Shown one piece after another: positions 61,807 to 64,000 of a stretch of 64,000 nt of DNA (positions are counted from its first letter, which is position 1; each line of letters begins with the position of its first letter). The DNA lies in contig CALCCE010000251.1 in the NCBI GenBank assembly GCA_937899835.1, forward strand, positions 30,623 through 94,622, given 5' to 3'. Origin of the DNA: an uncultured Flavobacteriales bacterium. Its GTDB lineage: Bacteria; Bacteroidota; Bacteroidia; Flavobacteriales_G; Salibacteraceae. The notes below the pieces were generated by a model, which was not told the DNA's origin, made no database searches, and worked only from the letters and a program-made list of their open reading frames with translations. Position numbers and translations under genes: made by a program.

Positions 61807-64000
61807 ATGCGCGTTTTCCTGGTTTCAGTTCTCCTGCTCTGCGGTGCACTTCTGCCTCAACTTGGCTGGGGACAAACCGGCACCATCACGGGCACCATTA
61901 CCGACTCCACTGGCCAGGGGCTGGAATTTGCCAATGTCATTGTTTTGGGCACCACTTCAGGCGACCAATCGGACGTCAACGGACGCTATGCGGTTACGGT
62001 AGAGGCCAACCGACAGGTAACCCTGGTTTTTTCTTTTATCGGTTTTACTTCAGACACCGTTACCCTTTCGGTGGGTGCCGATGAAGTCAAAGAACATTCG
62101 GTGCGCTTGCGATCGGGCATCAACCTGGGACCTTTCGAAAAGGTGGAAGAACGTTTGCGGGTGACCACCATGAAACCCATTGACGTGGAGTTGGTGCAAT
62201 ATATCCCCTCTGCTTCGGGAAGTTTTGAAGCCATTCTGGCCTCTGAAATTGGGGTCAACATGGGCAACGAGTTGAGTTCTCAATATTCGGTGCGTGGGGG
62301 AAATTTTGATGAAAACCTGGTATACGTCAACGACATTCAAATCTATCGGCCTTTTCTCATTCGTTCGGGCCAACAAGAGGGCTTGAGTTTCATCAATGCC
62401 GAAATGGTGGAAGATGTGTCTTTTTCGGCGGGTGGTTTCGATGCCCAATACGGCGATAAAATGTCGTCGGTACTGGATGTAACGTATAAACGGCCTACCA
62501 AATTTGCGGGTTCGGTTTCGGCGGGAATTCTGGGGGCAGAAGCGCACATCGAAGATGCTTCTAAAATCCGCAACCGGCGGTTCACACAATTGCACGGCTT
62601 TCGCTACCGCACCAACCGCTACTTGCTCAATACTTTAGATACAGACGGTACTTTCAACCCGGTTTTCATTGACTACCAGGGCTTTCTCACCTATTACCTG
62701 CGCGACAATCTTGAAATCAGTATTCTGGGAAACTACTCCCGCAACCAATACAACTTTGTTCCCGAAACGCGGGAAACAGATTTTGGAACCGTGAATGAGG
62801 CCCTTCGACTGACCGTCTTTTTCGATGGTGAGGAAGTGGACGATTACCAAACGGGAATGGGCGCCCTTTCTTTTGACTACAAGCCATCGCACAACCTCAA
62901 CCTCAAATTCATTTCCTCCGGCTTTGTTACTCAGGAAAGTGAGACCTTCGACATCCAAGGAGCTTACCGGTTAGACCAGCTCGAAAACGACCTTAGCCAG
63001 GACAATTTTGGCGATGTAGCATTCAACCGAGGCGTGGGTGGATTTTTAGACCATGCTCGTAACTACCTTACCGCCAACGTTTGGGCCACGGAACACAAAG
63101 GGTCCTTGTTTGTGCGCGAAGGCCAAACCCGGGTATTGTGGGGAGCTAAATTCCAGAATGAATTCATCGATGATGAACTGAGCGAATGGCAGTTGGTGGA
63201 TTCGGTCGGCTTTTCAATACCGCAGGGGCCGGGCAATGAAGTGCGCCTGTTTGAAACCATCAAATCGGAAAATGCCATCTCCTCCAACCGGCTATTGGGC
63301 TATGCTCAGATCAATAACATTTGGGTAAAAGACACCCACGAAATCACGCTTCACGCCGGCTTGCGCGCCAACTACTGGGATTGGAACGAGGAGTTATTGT
63401 GGAGCCCGCGCTTCACCCTTTCAGTGAAACCGAATTGGAGGCAAAATTGGTTGTTTCGGGCTTCCTGGGGAGTGTATCACCAACCGCCTTTCTACCGCGA
63501 AATGCGCGACTTGTTTGGCCAGGTGAATCGGGACATTAAAGCCCAAACGTCTATTCATTATGTGCTGGGAGCGGATTACAATTTCAAGATCTGGAACCGT
63601 CCTTTCAAGTTCATCACAGAAGTGTATTACAAGGACTTGAACAACCTTATTCCCTACGAAATCGACAACGTGCGCATTCGATACTACGCCACCAACAATG
63701 CGGAAGGATATGCCACGGGAATTGATATGAAGTTGAACGGTGAAATTGTGGAGGGGGTAGATTCCTGGTTGAGCATTTCGGTGATGCAAACCGAAGAAGA
63801 TGTGCTGGACGATATCATCACCACTTACTTCAACAGCGAGGGCGACCGCATCATTTTTGGCTTCACTTCCAACGATTCCATTGCGGACAGCACCGTGGTA
63901 GAACCAGGAAGGGTATTCCGCCCCACCGATCAGCGGGTAAACGTGGGTCTGTTTTTCCAGGATTACGTTCCCGGAAGGGAAAACATCAAAATGCACCTCA
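61807..64000 (+). CDS. TonB-dependent receptor-like outer-membrane protein with CarboxypepD_reg domain (3' end outside window)
   Basis: Hand translation codon by codon from ATG 61807 to nt 64000 found no stop. The N terminus is MRVFLVSVLLLCGALLPQLGWGQTGTITGTITDSTGQGLEFANVIVLG...GRYAVTV..VTLVFSFIGF. A plug-like region follows (SVRGGNFDENLVYVNDIQIY...GGFDAQYGDKMSSVLDV). The ORF track omits it because no stop is reached. An alternative in-frame ATG lies at 61765. Confidence 0.8.
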   Translation, partial: MRVFLVSVLLLCGALLPQLGWGQTGTITGTITDSTGQGLEFANVIVLGTTSGDQSDVNGRYAVTVEANRQVTLVFSFIGFTSDTVTLSVGADEVKEHSVRLRSGINLGPFEKVEERLRVTTMKPIDVELVQYIPSASGSFEAILASEIGVNMGNELSSQYSVRGGNFDENLVYVNDIQIYRPFLIRSGQQEGLSFINAEMVEDVSFSAGGFDAQYGDKMSSVLDVTYKRPTKFAGSVSAGILGAEAHIEDASKIRNRRFTQLHGFRYRTNRYLLNTLDTDGTFNPVFIDYQGFLTYYLRDNLEISILGNYSRNQYNFVPETRETDFGTVNEALRLTVFFDGEEVDDYQTGMGALSFDYKPSHNLNLKFISSGFVTQESETFDIQGAYRLDQLENDLSQDNFGDVAFNRGVGGFLDHARNYLTANVWATEHKGSLFVREGQTRVLWGAKFQNEFIDDELSEWQLVDSVGFSIPQGPGNEVRLFETIKSENAISSNRLLGYAQINNIWVKDTHEITLHAGLRANYWDWNEELLWSPRFTLSVKPNWRQNWLFRASWGVYHQPPFYREMRDLFGQVNRDIKAQTSIHYVLGADYNFKIWNRPFKFITEVYYKDLNNLIPYEIDNVRIRYYATNNAEGYATGIDMKLNGEIVEGVDSWLSISVMQTEEDVLDDIITTYFNSEGDRIIFGFTSNDSIADSTVVEPGRVFRPTDQRVNVGLFFQDYVPGRENIKMHL

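Noticed and set aside
62050-63996. Minus-strand ORFs 62050..62595, 62343..62585, 62635..62958, 63063..63287 and 63421..63996, and plus-strand ORFs 61797..62084 and 63321..63539
   Set aside because: They lie opposite to, or out of frame with, the open TonB-dependent-receptor frame starting at 61807, which has recognisable domains.
1-64000. Search by eye for CRISPR arrays, IS elements or transposases, integrases, prophage genes, tRNA and rRNA genes, and riboswitch cores upstream of the receptors and guaA
   Set aside because: I found none. The only long direct repeats are the in-frame adhesin repeats, and no recombinase-like ORF is present. A tRNA or riboswitch scan (tRNAscan-SE, Infernal/Rfam) would be needed to be certain.

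Overview
This looks like a chromosomal segment from a Bacteroidota genome. The evidence is three proteins with T9SS C-terminal sorting domains, SprB-type repeats, CarboxypepD_reg TonB-dependent receptors with DUF4249 partners, an rpmG-DUF4295-ftsY-rimO block, and TAnnTTTG -7 promoter boxes. The window holds about 50 tightly packed protein genes. Two RNA genes are masked by spurious ORFs in the ORF track: a type A RNase P RNA (rnpB, ~24330-24711, minus) and a candidate 6S-like structured RNA between zapA and rny (~58108-58318, minus). Three real genes are missing from the track: a 51-aa DUF4295 gene (34496-34651, minus), the 5'-truncated serine hydrolase at the left edge, and a TonB-dependent receptor that runs off the right edge (61807->64000). 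Layout by region: (1) 0-8 kb: serine hydrolase, SRPBCC protein, and an AraC regulator divergent from a TonB-dependent receptor, two tandem DUF4249 lipoproteins and a small barrel-like protein. (2) 8-14 kb: trxB, a low-GC T9SS cargo gene and an M49 peptidase. (3) 14.3-24.2 kb: one 3316-aa T9SS-secreted repeat adhesin containing four ~1.33 kb super-repeats. (4) 24.7-41 kb: housekeeping genes (Smr, NUDIX, hemF, LysM protein, guaA, bshC, rimO, ftsY, rpmG, response regulator, pepP-like, rpmB, cinA, nucleoside phosphorylase). (5) 41-56.5 kb: a Wzx/Wzy-type polysaccharide locus split by a 4 kb block of secreted-protein genes. (6) 56.5-59 kb: rny, zapA and a coiled-coil gene. (7) 59-64 kb: M23 peptidase, a CarboxypepD_reg protein and the partial receptor. 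I saw no rRNA, tRNA, CRISPR array, transposase, integrase or phage genes. The most notable items are an unassigned ~130-aa Cys-containing domain nested inside an Ig-like domain in all four super-repeat units (it carries a conserved Y-R-G-D-L motif), the receptor/DUF4249x2 module, the 6S-like RNA, and the beta-helix/FG-GAP T9SS protein embedded in the polysaccharide locus. All family assignments come from motif recognition by eye. No searches were run.
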